NCBI RefSeq assembly: GCF_030144855.1
Contig: NC_082708.1
Span: 159,526,001-159,590,000, forward strand
Source: Hypanus sabinus
Taxonomy: Eukaryota
Length of the DNA stretch: 64,000 nt
Reading direction: 5' to 3'
The position numbers were made by a program, and so were the translations under genes. The notes under the pieces are model-generated. The model searched no databases, was not told the origin of the DNA, and saw only the letters and a program-made list of their open reading frames with translations. Shown in pieces: positions 63,411 to 64,000 of the stretch. Position 1 is the stretch's first letter, and the number at the start of each line of letters is the position of its first letter.

Positions 63411-64000
63411 TAATTAGAGCATCGTGATGGCTTAATTGTAGAAAATGAGGGAAACAGTCCGTGTGCAGAGCGAAACAGGACAAGGCAAAATAGTGGCAGT
63501 TTAACATTGTCCCAACAGAAAGAAAACATTTCTAGTAGCAAATCACAGAAGAAAGGTTTAAATGAATTTGAAGAGGAAAAACAACATTTAGCATACATTT
63601 AACACAAGCAATGAAAACTTGAAATAAGCTAAATTATTGGAGCAGTTAATAAGTTAATTTAATTGTTGATACAGCCTCTGACTGTTTTGTCATGGAAGGA
63701 GATATGTATGACCACAAGTTTAGTAAAATACAATTAGCAAAAATCACTTTAAAGCTGAGAAGCATTATGTGGGTCCCGAAAACATTGAATCAATGAAATC
63801 TCTGATCCTCCATTATGAATGAAAGGGAAGCCTGCCAGTCTAGATTTCTCTCCCCACACGCTGTTTGGCCCACTGATTTCTTCCAGCATCATTTTTGTCG
63901 CTACCAACTATACTGGCTGATTTTGTGAATAAATTAACTTTTCTTGGGAGTGACTAGCTGAAGGTGTTGAGTATGGACTGAAATAGCATATTTGCTGTGA

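Noticed and set aside
205-63598. Most 60-150 aa ORFs in the six-frame track
   Set aside because: No recognisable domains or splice-consistent structure; they are antisense shadows of TEs or exons, or chance ORFs
1-64000. CRISPR arrays or prokaryotic defence systems
   Set aside because: The DNA is vertebrate; no repeat-spacer array or operon-like ORF density

Overview
Vertebrate genomic DNA, very probably a cartilaginous fish (ray/shark; inferred from the repeat landscape of CR1, Rex1/Babar-like LINEs, V-domain tRNA-SINEs and Penelope-like remnants). Three spliced genes lie on the minus strand in the order known from human chr4: H2AZ1 (complete, 5 exons, 128 aa, 59271-61148), DNAJB14 (complete, 8 coding exons, 380 aa, 19736-49900) and the 5' part of LAMTOR3 (non-coding exon 1 plus two coding exons; the rest presumably lies left of the window). 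Each gene has a CpG-rich promoter. I rebuilt the exons by hand from GT-AG boundaries and the reading frames join correctly. Almost all other ORFs in the track are transposon debris or chance ORFs. Introns and intergenic DNA contain nested mobile elements: a deleted Gypsy/Mag-like LTR element carrying a solo LTR and a mini-element, CR1 and Rex1-like LINEs, Tigger/pogo MITEs, and a Tc1 element interrupted by an L1-clade 5' half. I found no clearly new protein system. The most notable non-coding signals are a family of Penelope-derived mini-elements with a minimal hammerhead-ribozyme core (some as fold-back insertions with long TSDs), a CLEAR-box cluster at LAMTOR3, and a duplicated segment plus a candidate extra exon at the 3' end of DNAJB14.
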